Below are positions 36,136 to 47,950 of a DNA stretch of 64,000 bases, one piece after another. Each line of letters opens with the position of its first letter. The stretch's first letter is position 1. The position numbers were made by a program, and so were the translations under genes. This DNA comes from Chiloscyllium plagiosum (taxonomy: Eukaryota). A model generated the notes under the pieces. That model was not told where the DNA came from. It ran no database searches and saw nothing but the letters and a program-made list of their open reading frames with translations. Location of the stretch: NCBI RefSeq assembly GCF_004010195.1, contig NC_057720.1:15007939-15071938 (forward strand), written 5' to 3'.

Positions 36136-39100
36136 TCCCCCATCCCAGTCCCTCTGATCCCGATGGTGCCAGAGATTTGACTGGCCAGCAACTTCTGGAG
36201 GTGGGACTTTCCCTCCAATGGGTCAGCCGTCCCACCTCCAGCCAATAAAGGGCCCAATAGCTATAAATAGCTGTGGGACAAGCTGGTTAACATCAGTCTC
36301 ACCTTGTGTAAAGGTCAGCTCTCCAGCTGAAGGCGCTGTCACCGTACTGCTGGGCAGAAAGTTCCAGGCCTTTGACCCAGTGAAGATAAGTGAATGGCGA
36401 TCTATGTCTGAGACAAAATGGTTGTAAGTTAGAGGAGAATTTGGGGTTTGTTTTCAATGGACCTGTTTCTCTTGCCCCTCTAGGAGTGTGAGGTGGGTTC
36501 TGTAGTTAGAAGCCTTGTGTGGGTTAGGATAGTATGCCCTGTTGACAGTACCCTCTGTTCTCCCACTCTGACCCGTCCAGAGCAAGCAGGCCTAATGAGA
36601 TTGAGGATTGCATTAGTGTTGGCTTTGGTTTGATCTTGTTACTGTCTTTTCACCCAGATGCTGCTTGTCAAGCTCTGCGCCAATTCTATCAAGAGAGGTT
36701 TCTGCACTTTATCACTGATGCTGCCTTTTACTTTTGCTTCAAAAAAAAGTGTGCATTATCTTTTGTAATCAGCATATTTTAAAAAAATTTTAATAAACTG
36801 GAATTAACAAGTCAAAATATTAAGTCTGTGAATTGTTCTGTTTGAAATCTTCTTTAAAACAAATAATATATTTTGAATAGTTCAACCAAAGAACATTAGA
36901 GTTGATTGACAGAACAGTCACTATGTGTTTGAAGTTGTTCATTAAGATACTTGAAGAAAGTCATTCCATGATAAGCTACTGGTTTTATAAGTTAAGACAT
37001 GTGTTTGCATGACCCACATGGGCCAATTAGATTTTGTTTAGCTTCCTTGTATTGCCATTAGTTAAAAGCCTTGAAATCACTACTTGTGTGGCTGAACAGA
37101 TTTGTTCCTTAAGCACATCTGACAATAATAATACACTGAATTTCTTTTAAGGGCTTATTTATGATTGGCATGAAACAAAGTGAGACCTCCTAGAGACTGG
37201 GGTGCCACTTGTTTTTCTCCTGAGTTAGCTCGGAGCTTTGCAGCACAGTTTCACAGGTTTAGTCATTTACATAACAAAGTCACTTTGTGCCAATGCTATG
37301 CTTGGCCTGGATATGCTTCGAAAGAAACATGCTTTCTCCATATCACTGAGATCTCGTTCAGCAGTTCTGGTGGAACTGTTGACATGCGACCAACGCACTG
37401 CTCTCTGAGTCATTCCTGTAATGTGAATTGGATCGACTACCAATTCAACTGCAGGAGGGCCACCTTGTGTTCAAAATATAATCGTCACTCACTTATGCAC
37501 TTATTCATTATGGCAAACAAAACAGTAATTATTTGTGGTTTCTTGTATCCTTGATAATAGGCTTGAAGGGTTTGTGTACTTTTTTTTTGCCTGAAAACCC
37601 AAATTATCTTTAAACAAGGAAGAACACTATAAAATCCAAAGTCATTATTTTATTCATTCAACATCTTTTTATGTCATGTCTGAGTGTCCACTACTGATTT
37701 TAGAACAAAATTGCCTTTTTATTTTTTTAATGTTGGTTTTTATCACACTGTAACTATTGTATCATATGGATATGACAGTACACTATGATAAGGCTGATTA
37801 TGTCAGTTGTGAATGTTTGTATTTGTAAATTAAATATTGAATAGGAATATCACACATGATTATGTTTTAACGCAGCTCTAACAGTTATTTGAATGGACTC
37901 TTATAGTATCTATCTGCGTATTCAAAGCTGTATAAAGATAAATGAACCTTAATAGTCCCTATTTATGAAGAATGTATTTGCTTATTTAATGCAGTTTTTA
38001 CAACCTTTTCAGACAGCTGTTACTCAGTCATCAATACTCTGTAAAATAGTTTATTATTGTGAAAAAGAGTTTTAAATTGAACCTCGTGCAATTGTCTGCC
38101 AAAATTAGTACTATTTCTATGAAAGAATTCTACACTATGCAGCTTCCTGTGTTTTGAGAAACGAACCATCCATATACTGCAGGATTTAAGTCACAGTAGC
38201 TACTGAAAGAAGCACAATAACATGCCCCAGACTATGACAGCTCTAATGTAACTGTTTGTGATACAAATAACTGCTTAAAATATATATCGCAGGTGGCTCG
38301 TTTAATGCAACAAGTTGTACAATGTTTGAGAGCTGTGACTGTGTTCAATTATCAACTGTGCAATAATTTCACTTGCATTGGTACTTGGTTTTTAATCGAA
38401 ATGTACAGAATTTTCTGTGTGCTGGGGCACGTAATGTCTGCACAAGGTGTTGTTAATATTGATTCAGACAGTACTTATTGGACAAGTCCATTCCTTCTGG
38501 GAGTTACTCCAATAAAACCCTAAAACTATTTTAATTTGTCAAAAACATTTCATACATGTAAAGAGGAAATTAAACTGACGGAAAAAGAATACAATTTGTT
38601 GAAATATTATTGCCTATTCATGTCTTGATCATTCTCGTTTGTAGCGTTGTCCAACTGTATGCAAAGTGAACAGCAAATAACTGTATACTGGAGCACCAGG
38701 CTAAACTTTCCCCTTACCTTTAGAAGAAGTCCATAACATGGGACCTTCTGCATCACACTTGTATTAGATATCAGAGGAAGGCATAGTGAAACCATAAAAT
38801 AACCACAGCTATTTGATGCTGTAATAAATAAATGCAACATGCATTTATTTATTTTACACTTATCTTTACATTACATTTGCGAACAAATTATATTTGGAGT
38901 GCTGGCTGGATGTGGGATGATGTATGAGCCCAGTTTGATTTTGATGAATAGGGAATTTATGCATGGAGCCGGACAAAGTGGTGAGACTCTTAACTAGTAC
39001 TTTGCTTCAGTATTCACAAAAAAGAAAGACATGGTGGACAGAGTCTCGAGAGGAGCCTTTTGATATTCTAGGGCGTGTCGATATAAAAAAAGTGTTGAGT

Positions 39101-39159
39101 GGTTTTTTTCAAAGGGAAAGGCAAGGGAGGAAATTTCTTGTACAAAATCTTTATATCAT

Positions 39160-39544
39160 TCAAAGTTTGTGAGAAGATTTGTAGCTCGGGTGCTCATTGC
39201 TGTGGTTCTGTTCGCCGAGCTGGATATTGTCTGCATGAATTTGACTGGGACAACACTACCATTATAGGGCAAGCCAAACAAAGAACAGCCAGGGAATTCC
39301 TAGAAGCATGGCACTCATCCACAAACTCCATCAACAAACACATCGACCTGGACCCAATATACCGGCCACTACAGCGGACAGCTGAAACTGACAACCGGAA
39401 GCGGCAGGGACAGGCCACTATAAATGCCGGAGGAAACACCACAGAAGCGTTTCACAGGAGGCTCCCAAGCACTGAGGATGTCACCTAGACAGGGGATGAA
39501 ACGTTTGCAACAAAAACTTCCAGCTCAGCGAACAGAACCACAGC
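39160..39544 (+). mobile_element. Penelope/Poseidon-like PLE 3' fragment (family C) with inverted terminal piece, nested in CR1
   Basis: Reads HEFDWDNTTIIGQAKQRTAREFLEAWHSSTNSINKHIDL. HHR at 39469-39508: gca CTGAGGA t gtcacct agac aggggat GAA ACGT T tgc. 13-bp TSD atctttatatcat at 39147-39159 and 39545-39557. Confidence 0.85.
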
Positions 39545-39966
39545 ATCTTTATATCATCTTTAGTCACAGGAGAGGTCCCAAAGGACTGGAGAATGGCCAA
39601 TGTTGTTCCTTTATTTCCGAAAGGCAAGAGATATAATCCAGGAAATTACAGGCCAGTGAGCCTTACGTCAGTGGTGGGGAGATTATTAGACAAGGTTCTT
39701 GGGGCAAGATTTACTCACATTTGGAAAAATATAGACTTACTAGCAATAAGCAGTATGGTTTTGACTAGGTACGATCATGTCTCACAAACCTGATTGAGGA
39801 TTCTTTTGAGGAAATGACAAGGAAGATTGATGAGGGCAGGGCAGTGGATATTGTCTACATGAACCTCAAACAAGACCTTTGACAAAGTCCCTCGTGGACG
39901 GCTGATACAAAAGGTGAGGTCACATGGGATCTGCAATGAGCTGGTAAAATAGATACAGAAATGGCT

Positions 39967-40191
39967 GAGGTGAAAGTGAGGACTGCAGATGCTGGAGATC
40001 AGAGTCAAGATTAGAGTGGTGCTGGAAAAGCACAGCAGGTCAGGCAGCATCCGAAGAGCAGGAAAATCAACGTTTCAGGCAAAAGCCCTTCATCATTCCT
40101 GCTGAAGGGCTTTTGCCCAAAATGCTGATCTTCCTGCTCCTTTGATGCTGCCTGATCTGCTGTGCTTTTCTAGCACCACTCTAATCTTGAC
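39967..40191. mobile_element. Palindromic PLE family A element nested in CR1
   Basis: Inverted arms of about 100 bp. 12-bp TSD acagaaatggct at 39955-39966 and 40192-40203. Confidence 0.85.
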
Positions 40192-40309
40192 ACAGAAATG
40201 GCTTAGTCATAGACTGAGAGTAGCAGTGGAAGAGTATTTTTCTGACTGGAGATCTGTGATCAGTGGTGTTCTGTGGAGATCAGTGCTGGGACCTCTGTTG
40301 TTTGTAATA

Positions 40310-40532
40310 GAGTAGAACGCCTGTATCTGCAGATTCGGTTTCCAGGGTTTCAGTTATCCGTGGTTTACCGCAGCCCAAAAATATTACATGGAACATTCCA
40401 GAAATAATTCTGGGAGCTGCTGCCGGGGAGGTAAGTTTCCCATTTAAATGAGTGGGCTCATTACTATCCGTGGTTTTAGGCATCCACGGTAGGTCTTGGA
40501 ACGTACCACCCATGGATACAGGGTGACATCTG
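40310..40532. mobile_element. Tigger/pogo-like MITE (Tc1/mariner) inserted at TA in CR1
   Basis: Imperfect TIRs (g)agtagaacgcctgtatctgc... / ...catggatacagggtgacatctg. Internal tatccgtggttt repeats. Interrupts the CR1 sequence ttgtttgtaa(ta)tataaatgatttgg. Confidence 0.65.
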
Positions 40533-40635
40533 TGTATATAAATGATTTGGAAGACAACGTAGTGGCCTGTTTTGTAAGTCTGTGGACGACACAAAGATTG
40601 AGGCAGCCACAAATAGTGAGGAGGATAGCCAGAGT

Positions 40636-40728
40636 TGAAACTTTATTGCTGGAACAGCACAGCAGGTCAGGCAGCATCCAGGGAACAGGAGATTCGACGT
40701 TTCGGGCACAGGCCCTTCTTCAGGAATC
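40636..40728 (-). mobile_element. 93-bp PLE family A insertion beginning with an HHR
   Basis: 17-bp TSD aggaggatagccagagt at 40619-40635 and 40729-40745. Same subfamily as 2694-2915. Confidence 0.85.
40691..40728 (-). ncRNA. Minimal type I hammerhead ribozyme motif, best-formed copy
   Basis: Minus strand GAUUC CUGAAGA A GGGC CUGU GCCC GAA ACGU C GAAUC: 5-bp helix I, 4-bp helix II, palindromic ACGU, GUC cleavage triplet. Confidence 0.8.
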
Positions 40729-41925
40729 AGGAGGATAGCCAGAGTCTACAGCAGGTTACAGATAGGCTGGAAAGATGGGCAAAGAAATGGCAGAAAGACG
40801 TAATGCAGGTAAATGAAAAGTGGTGCATTTTGGAAGATCCAGTGCAGGAGGGAAGTACATAGTGAAGGGCAGAAGACAGAGGGGTCTGGGTGCACGGTGG
40901 CAACACAAGTGGATAAGGTACTCAAGAAGGCATACTTGTCTTCATCACTTGGGGCACAAAGTATAAAAATAAGCAAGTCAAGTTGCAGCTGCATAGAACT
41001 TTAGTTCAGCCACATTTGGAACATTGCATACAGTTCTGGTGGCCGCACTACCAGACGGATGTGAAGGCTTTGGAGAGGGCACAGAAAATATTTACCAGGG
41101 TGTTGCCTGGTTTGAAGGGTGTTAGCTATGAGGAGAGATTGGACAAACCTGGTTTATTTTCATGTGAACATTGGAGACTGAGGGGCAACCTGAGAGTGGT
41201 GTACACTATAATGGAAGGTGTGGATATAATGAATGGTTGGAGTCTTTTTCCCAGAGTAGAAATGTCAATTACTAGGTGATGGAAGTTTAAGGTATAAAGG
41301 GGGAAAGCTTAAAAGGGATATGAGAGGTCAGTGTTTTACATGGAGGGTGGTAAGTGCCTGCAATGTCCTGCCAGAGGAGATGGTGGAGGCAGATTCAACA
41401 GCAACATTTAAGAATCATCTTGAGAGATATATGAACAGGCAGGGAATGGAGGGATATAGACCACATAAAGCAATAGGTTTTGAGTTTAGAAAGGCATCAT
41501 GTATCAGTGGTGGGCAGAGGGGTCTGTTCCTGTGCTATACCGTTTTTAGTTAATAACTGCAGGCATTTTGTAGAGTATTGTTGTGGTCGCTAAGACGTCT
41601 GGTACTTCCTTTACAGAGCTACAAATTTCAACTTCCAGTTGATAACTGAAAGGATGATGTGACAATATTTCCTGTTTTAAGACATTTACGATAACAGACT
41701 AGAAGCACTATCGATTGAAAATCTTTTTGAAGGCAGGTTATATTTAAACTACAGACACAACCATCCCCTTTTATTTTAACTCAACAGAGAAACCCAGTTC
41801 ACAGAAATTCTCTAAACCGTCCATTAAATAGTTATGCAAATTTTCCAGACTCAGCGACTCTTAATTCCTAAGAATTTACTTCCTTTCAAAACCTGGAAAT
41901 ATTTAAATTAAGAATGGTCTTTCAC

Positions 41926-42775
41926 AGTGTCCCACTCCAGGCTACACCAGCCCACACCATGTCCCAGAGAGAGTGTCCTACTCTGGACTACACCAGCCCA
42001 CACCATGCCCCAGAGAGTGTCCTGCTCCGGGATAGACCAGCCCACACCATGTCCCAGAGAGAGTGTCCTGCTCTGGGCTACACCAGCCCACACCATGTCC
42101 CAGAGAGAGTGTCCCACTCCAGGCTACACCAGCCCACACCATGTCCCAGACAGAGTGTCCCACTCCGGGCTACATCAGCCCACACCATGCCCCAGAGAGA
42201 GTGTCCTGCTCCAGGCTACACCAGCCCACACCATGCCCCAGAGACAGTGTCCCACTCCAGGCTAAACCAGCCCACACCATGTCCCAGAGAGAGTGTCCCG
42301 CTCTGGGCTACACTGGCCCACACCATGCCCCAGAGAGAGTGTCCTGCTTTCGGCTACACCAGCCCACACCATGTCCCAGAGAGAGTGTCCTGCTCCAGGC
42401 TACACCAGCCCACACCATGTCCCAGAGAGAGTGTCCCATTCCGGGCTACATCAGCCCACACCATGCCCCAGAGAGAGTGTCCCCCTCCGGGCTACACTGG
42501 CCCACACCATGCCCCAGAGACAGTGTCCCACTCCAGGCTAAACCAGCCCACACCATGCCCCAGAGAGAGTGTCCCCCTCCGGGCTACACTGGCCCACACC
42601 ATGCCCCAGAGAGAGTGTCCTGCTCCGGGCTACATCAATCCACAACATGTCTTAGAGAATGTGTCCCACTCCGGGCTACACCGGCCCACACCATGTCCCA
42701 GAGAGAGTGTCTCACTCCGGTGTAGCCCATTCCATGCCCCAAACAGAGTGTCCCACTCTAGACGACACTAGCCCA
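41926..42775. repeat. 46-bp minisatellite, about 18.5 units
   Basis: Unit agtgtcccactccaggctacaccagcccacaccatgtcccagagag. Starts at 41926, 41972, 42016 (one unit is 44 bp), 42062, then every 46 nt. Confidence 0.95.
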
Positions 42776-43489
42776 TGCTATGCCACCATCAGGGACCCAC
42801 TCCATGTGGAAATGACAGGCCCACTCTAGGCTTCACAGGCCGACCAACCGATTCTGTAGCTGCGCTGCCCCTGAAAACACCACCACCGCTCCAGAGCCTA
42901 TCGAAGCATCCTCCTGCTGAAGAGCTCTCTGTATCAGGTAAGTTTGAGGAAAAGGAAGTGGTAGAAGGAAAAAGGAAGAAAAGAAAAATGCAGACGAGCA
43001 GGATAAGCCTGGGCACACGAGCCAGATTGCTGCCTGCTCTGCCGCCACCATCTAAATTTAGACTCCAATTCTATTTTATCTTGGAACAATAAGAACAGTT
43101 TAAAGCATACTCTTTGCAATCTCACATTCTCAACTCCTCCCTGGGACTTAAGAGACTACAACTACAAATATTGTTTCCATGTGTAGAAACTCTACACCTT
43201 CTACCAAGCAAAACAATCTAGACCTTCCTTTAATCTTTAATGCCCCATCATTGAGGGCTGTTGTCGAGCAGACTTCAGAAGAGCATATGATCCCCTTCAT
43301 TTTACCTTAAATTAGCGACACACTCCCAAAACATAACAATTGTATAAACCTCGTAATTAAAACAGCATTAAAACAAATTAATTCACATAAGCAGTGATTT
43401 AGGCTCTGTACATGTAAATATAGGCAGATGATGTATTTATAAAGATCTTAATAGAGCTTGCTTTTATTCCTCAATGGAATCCTTAGATT

Positions 43490-44030
43490 TAACACATTAG
43501 AAAGATTCAAAAGCAGAGATGTACTGCTGAGGGTGTATATGATTCTGGTCAGACCCCATTTGGAATATTGTGAGCAATTTTGGGCTCCGTATCTAAGGAA
43601 GGATATCCTGGTATTGGAGGGGGTATAGAGGAGGTTTACAAGAATGATCCCAGGGATGAAGGGCTGGCAGATGAGGGGCAGTGGAATCCTCTGGCACTGT
43701 ACTCAGTGGAGTTTAAGAGGATATGGGGGGATTAGTGTTCTGACTGAAGCAGAATACCAAGACACCTGGATAGAGTGGACATGGAGAAGATGTTTCCACC
43801 AGTAGGAGAGACTGGGACCCAACCTCAGAGTGAAGGGATGACCTTTCAGAACTGAGATGAGGGGGAATTTCTTCACTAGAGGATGGTTAATCTGTGGAAC
43901 GTATTGCTCAGAAGGCTGTGGAGACCAAGTAATTTAAAACAGAGATCGACAGGTTCTTGATTTTGAACATGTCAGCCATGTTTGTTGGGCCAAATGGCCT
44001 AATTCTGCTCCTGGATCTTAACGGTCTTAC
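43490..44030 (+). mobile_element. CR1 3' fragment
   Basis: [23 protein letters not shown] sequence and CR1 tail. Confidence 0.8.
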
Positions 44031-44954
44031 GTTCATTGAATCATTGAATAATACGAACAGAGCTCTTTTACCCCATCGAATCTAGGCTGCCACTTCTGAA
44101 GGGAAATGCAGTTTGTCTAAATCCACCACGTTTTCCCCATTTCTTCATATTCAAATATTTGTCCAGTTCCCTTCCGAAAGCTATAATCTCTTGACTTTAT
44201 TGACAATTACATCAAGTATCCCATTTGCATAACTACAGCCACTTTTGATTTTCCTTTCCCTAACCTTCTGACTGGTCAGTTTTGTCCTGTTCTTGATTAA
44301 CCTTTTCTTACAAGTGGCATGTACCAGAGGGCAGGATGCATGGCATTTGTATTTTAACAGAAAGTGCTGGAGAAACTCAGCAGGTCTGGCAGCATCCTGT
44401 AGAAAAGAAAAACAGAGTTAATGTTTTGAGTTTGGAATGGTTCTTCATCCTGCATCCACACTATTATGCTTTTATTATGGTGGATTATAAAAGACTGAAA
44501 CACATTGCATTGTTTGTTAAGTGAATCAGCATTAAAAGATTCAATAGCGGAGACCTTATACATTCACTTGGCTCCTTCAAACATTTCTCCATTTAGTTCC
44601 CTTTCCTTGCCAGTTTAATTACTACTTTTCAAATATTTATCCACTTCCCCTCTTAAGGTTATTATGGATTCTGCTTCCATCATAGGTGGTAGTAGAGCAT
44701 TCCATGGTCCTTTAAGTACATTTGATAAAGACTATTGATTTTGAATTGACTCTGTTCTAGTCTATTCTTTCTGATTTTGCAAATAGGGAGGAAACTTGGA
44801 CACCACACAAATAATCCACAAATGGCTTTGAAATAGCTAGCAATGAACCTGAAAGAAACTCAGAAGTCTAAAGACTCTTAAAAATTAAGATTTACAACGT
44901 TTGCAAATTTGAGTGATATTAATCAGAAACAATCCCCTGTGGTACTATTAAGAT

Positions 44955-45260
44955 AGCACGGTGGCTCAGTAGTTAGCACTGCTGCCTCACAGCACCATGG
45001 TCCCAGGTTTGATTCCAGCTTCGGGCATCTGTCTGTGTAAAGTTTGCACATTCTCCCCGTGTCTACGTGGGTTTCCTCCAGTTTCCTCTCACAGTCCAAA
45101 GATGTGCAGGTCAGGTGAATTGGCCATGCTAAATTGCCCATAGTGTTAGGTGCATTAGTCAGAGGAAATGGGTCTGGGTGGGTTACTCTTTGGAGGGTCG
45201 TTGTGGACTTGCAGGGCCGAAGGGCCTGTTTCCACACCATAGGGAATCTAATCTAATCAG
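44955..45260 (+). mobile_element. HE1-like V-SINE
   Basis: Similarity to 16895-17217; (taatc)n tail. Confidence 0.87.
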
Positions 45261-46352
45261 ATAGATGAAGGTGGATTCAAAGCTGAAAATAGAGAAAAGT
45301 TAACGGAGTTATTTATCTGCAAATCAGATGCTGACTCGCAACTAGATGTGAAACTGTTCAGAATCCCATGCACTCCATATTTATATAGTGGGGGTGCATT
45401 ATATTTTTGTAAAGCTCCTTGCTATGGCACCGTTATGAGGAAATCTACCATCCTCATCTGGTCTGGCTTACATTGGACTCCAGATCCTAAGCAATGTGGT
45501 TGACTTTCAACTACCCTCTGAAATGGTCTGGCAAACCATTCAGTTGCAGCTCCCCATCACCTTCTCAAGAACAACAAGTGATGAGCAATAAATGCTGACC
45601 AGCCCCGCTGCTCACTTCCCATGGGTGAATTCGAAAAAGATTCTCGATTTGTCTTTGAAGTGTACAAACATATCATCTTCAGTCCGACCACTTTCAGCTG
45701 TTTCATTACTGACCTTCATCATCAAGTCAGGAGTGGGAGTGTTCACTGATGACTGCACTATATTGAATTGTATTGGCAATTCCCCGAGCTGATGAAATTG
45801 TCCATACTCACACACAGTAACGTGGTGAAACATAAATGGTGATTTCTACAATCCAGAAAAAGCAAAGTGCCAGGTTTTTGGAAGGGCCATCACCAACCTG
45901 CCAATTCCCCATCAAGACGCACACTGCATCCTGACATGAACTGATATCAGTGTGCCTTCAATATCACTGAGTCAAAATGCTGGAAGCCCCTGACAATCTC
46001 GTTACTTGTACTGCCTTGCACTGACTACAACATATACTCAATTCGATGGAAATAAAATTTCTCATAGGAGCTTTATTCCATCCTCCATATCCACAAATAC
46101 AAGGAGCCAGGTCAAAATAATTGCAGACCCATTGTATGGGAGAAACAGCCAGAAAACTACACACGAGAGTTCATCAAAACTAGTTGATGGAATTAGCCAG
46201 CCATTGTGAAATACATGCTCAACTTTACAAGCACTACATTCAATCATCCAATTCTAGAATTATAATCATAACTTGATGTATCAGAGGGCTGTGGTGGTGC
46301 AATGGTAGTGTCCCTACCTCCAAGCCAGGAAGTACTGTTTCAAGTTCCATCT

Positions 46353-46700
46353 GTGGCATGATAGCTCAGTGGTTAGCACTGCTGCCTCACAGTGCCAGGG
46401 ATCAGGTTTGATTCCATCCTCGAGTGATTGTAAGTGTAGAATTTGCACATTCTCCCTCTGACTGCATGGGTTGCCTCATAGTGCTTCAGTTTCCTCCCAC
46501 AATCCAAAGATGTGCAGGTTAGGTTAATTGGCTATGTTAAATTTCCCATGGTGTCCAGAGATAGGTGGATTAGCCATGGTAAATGCAGGGTTACAGAGAT
46601 AGAGTAGAGGGGTTCGGTCTGGGTGGGATACTCTTCGGAGGGTCAGTGTGGACCCTATGGGCCAAATGGTCTTCTTCTACACTGTAGAGATTCTATGATC
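46353..46700 (+). mobile_element. HE1-like V-SINE nested in another SINE
   Basis: Similarity to 16895-17217. Confidence 0.82.
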
Positions 46701-46981
46701 TGCCCCAGATGTGCATCATAACATATCTAAGCAGGTTGATTAAAAATACTTTAAGCATCTTGTAGAGCTCTGGTGTTCCTACCTCCTCTGGACCAGAAGG
46801 CTTTATTCAAGTTGGGTTTAAGAGATGTATCATTATATATCTGAACAGGTTGATTTAAAAGGCTCTATAAGATGTTTCAGAAACGCAATTAAAATCTATC
46901 ACCACCATATTGTCTCCCCAGACAACTACCTTCTCATCAGTTGCATCTGCCTACCCTCACTCAGGAAATATTATATTCATT

Positions 46982-47277
46982 TTATTTTAGTCTCTTTCTT
47001 TATCCCCACACTACCGCCTAACTGCAGTAGTGCTTATTTTCCCAGCACCCATGTTGTGTGTGTGCAGGTGTGAGACACAGTGAAAGACACAAGGTGCACA
47101 AATCTTTATTCAATTCCCATAACCAGGAAGAAAGGAAACACTAGGGTGGCCAGTGACAAGCAGTGCCTTCTCATCAAAGGGCAATGCTGCGTGATCAAAA
47201 AGAGAAGGGAAGGGTAAGGATTAAGTCAAAATGGAATTGGAGGGGGAAATAAAGCACTCTACTCCCTGAAAAAAAAC
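46982..47277 (-). mobile_element. Unclassified retroposon 3' end
   Basis: 12-bp TSD attatattcatt at 46970-46981 and 47278-47289. Minus strand has AATAAA and an A-rich end. Confidence 0.55.
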
Positions 47278-47619
47278 ATTATATTCATTCTGTACGGTCA
47301 ACCAATTAGCAGCAAGAATATGATGTATTGACCTATTACAAATACATCAGGCTGACCAATCAGAAGTAAGATTCCAGCCAGAGTCCCATCTTCCACTCAT
47401 TAGTCTGGGAGATGATGGGACAGATATTTTGTTTGAAACTGCAAAGTATTACAAGATCTTCTGAGGAATACTTCATGTAACAATCTTTCTTTCCAGAAAA
47501 AGGCTTGCAACATGTAAATCAAGCTGTATTACTGAATTAACCTATGTTGTTAGGTGTCCTACCTGTACTCAACTTTGCTTTTATGTTAAAACCTTTCACA
47601 CAAAAAAACCTCTTTTGTT

Positions 47620-47950
47620 GAAAAATTCTTTCATGACTTGTGAGTGTCACTGGCAAGGCCAACACTTGTTGTCCATTCCTAATTATCCTTCAATTCAGTG
47701 GCTCTCTGGGCTGTTTCAGAGGGCAGTTAAATATCAACTACTTTGCTGTGGGTCTGGAGTCACATGTAGGCTAGACTATGAAAGAACAACAGGTTTCCAT
47801 TCCAAAAGGACATTGGTGAATAAGATGGGTTTTTATGACAATTACAATGATTTATGGGCTGCAAATGGACTAGCCTTTAATTCCAGATGTGTTAAATTAA
47901 GATCTCCATGATCTGTTATGATGGTATTTGAACCTATGGCCTTGAATTAT
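47620..47950 (-). mobile_element. SacSINE1/DeuSINE-like SINE, older copy
   Basis: Contains gctgtgggtctggagtcacatgtag. Confidence 0.62.

Larger units (their letters stand above)
38985..41550 (+). mobile_element. CR1 RT region hosting four nested insertions
   Basis: Reads ANVVPLFPKG..PGNYRPVSLTSVV and LVQPHLEHCIQFW. Interrupted at 39160, 39967, 40310 and 40636. Confidence 0.88.

Noticed and set aside
41914..42771. 285-aa Pro/Thr/His-rich ORF and overlapping ORFs
   Set aside because: By-product of a nearly stop-free 46-bp repeat. The period is not a multiple of 3 and several frames are open.
41926..42775. CRISPR-like array
   Set aside because: Contiguous tandem units with no unique spacers, no cas genes, vertebrate context.
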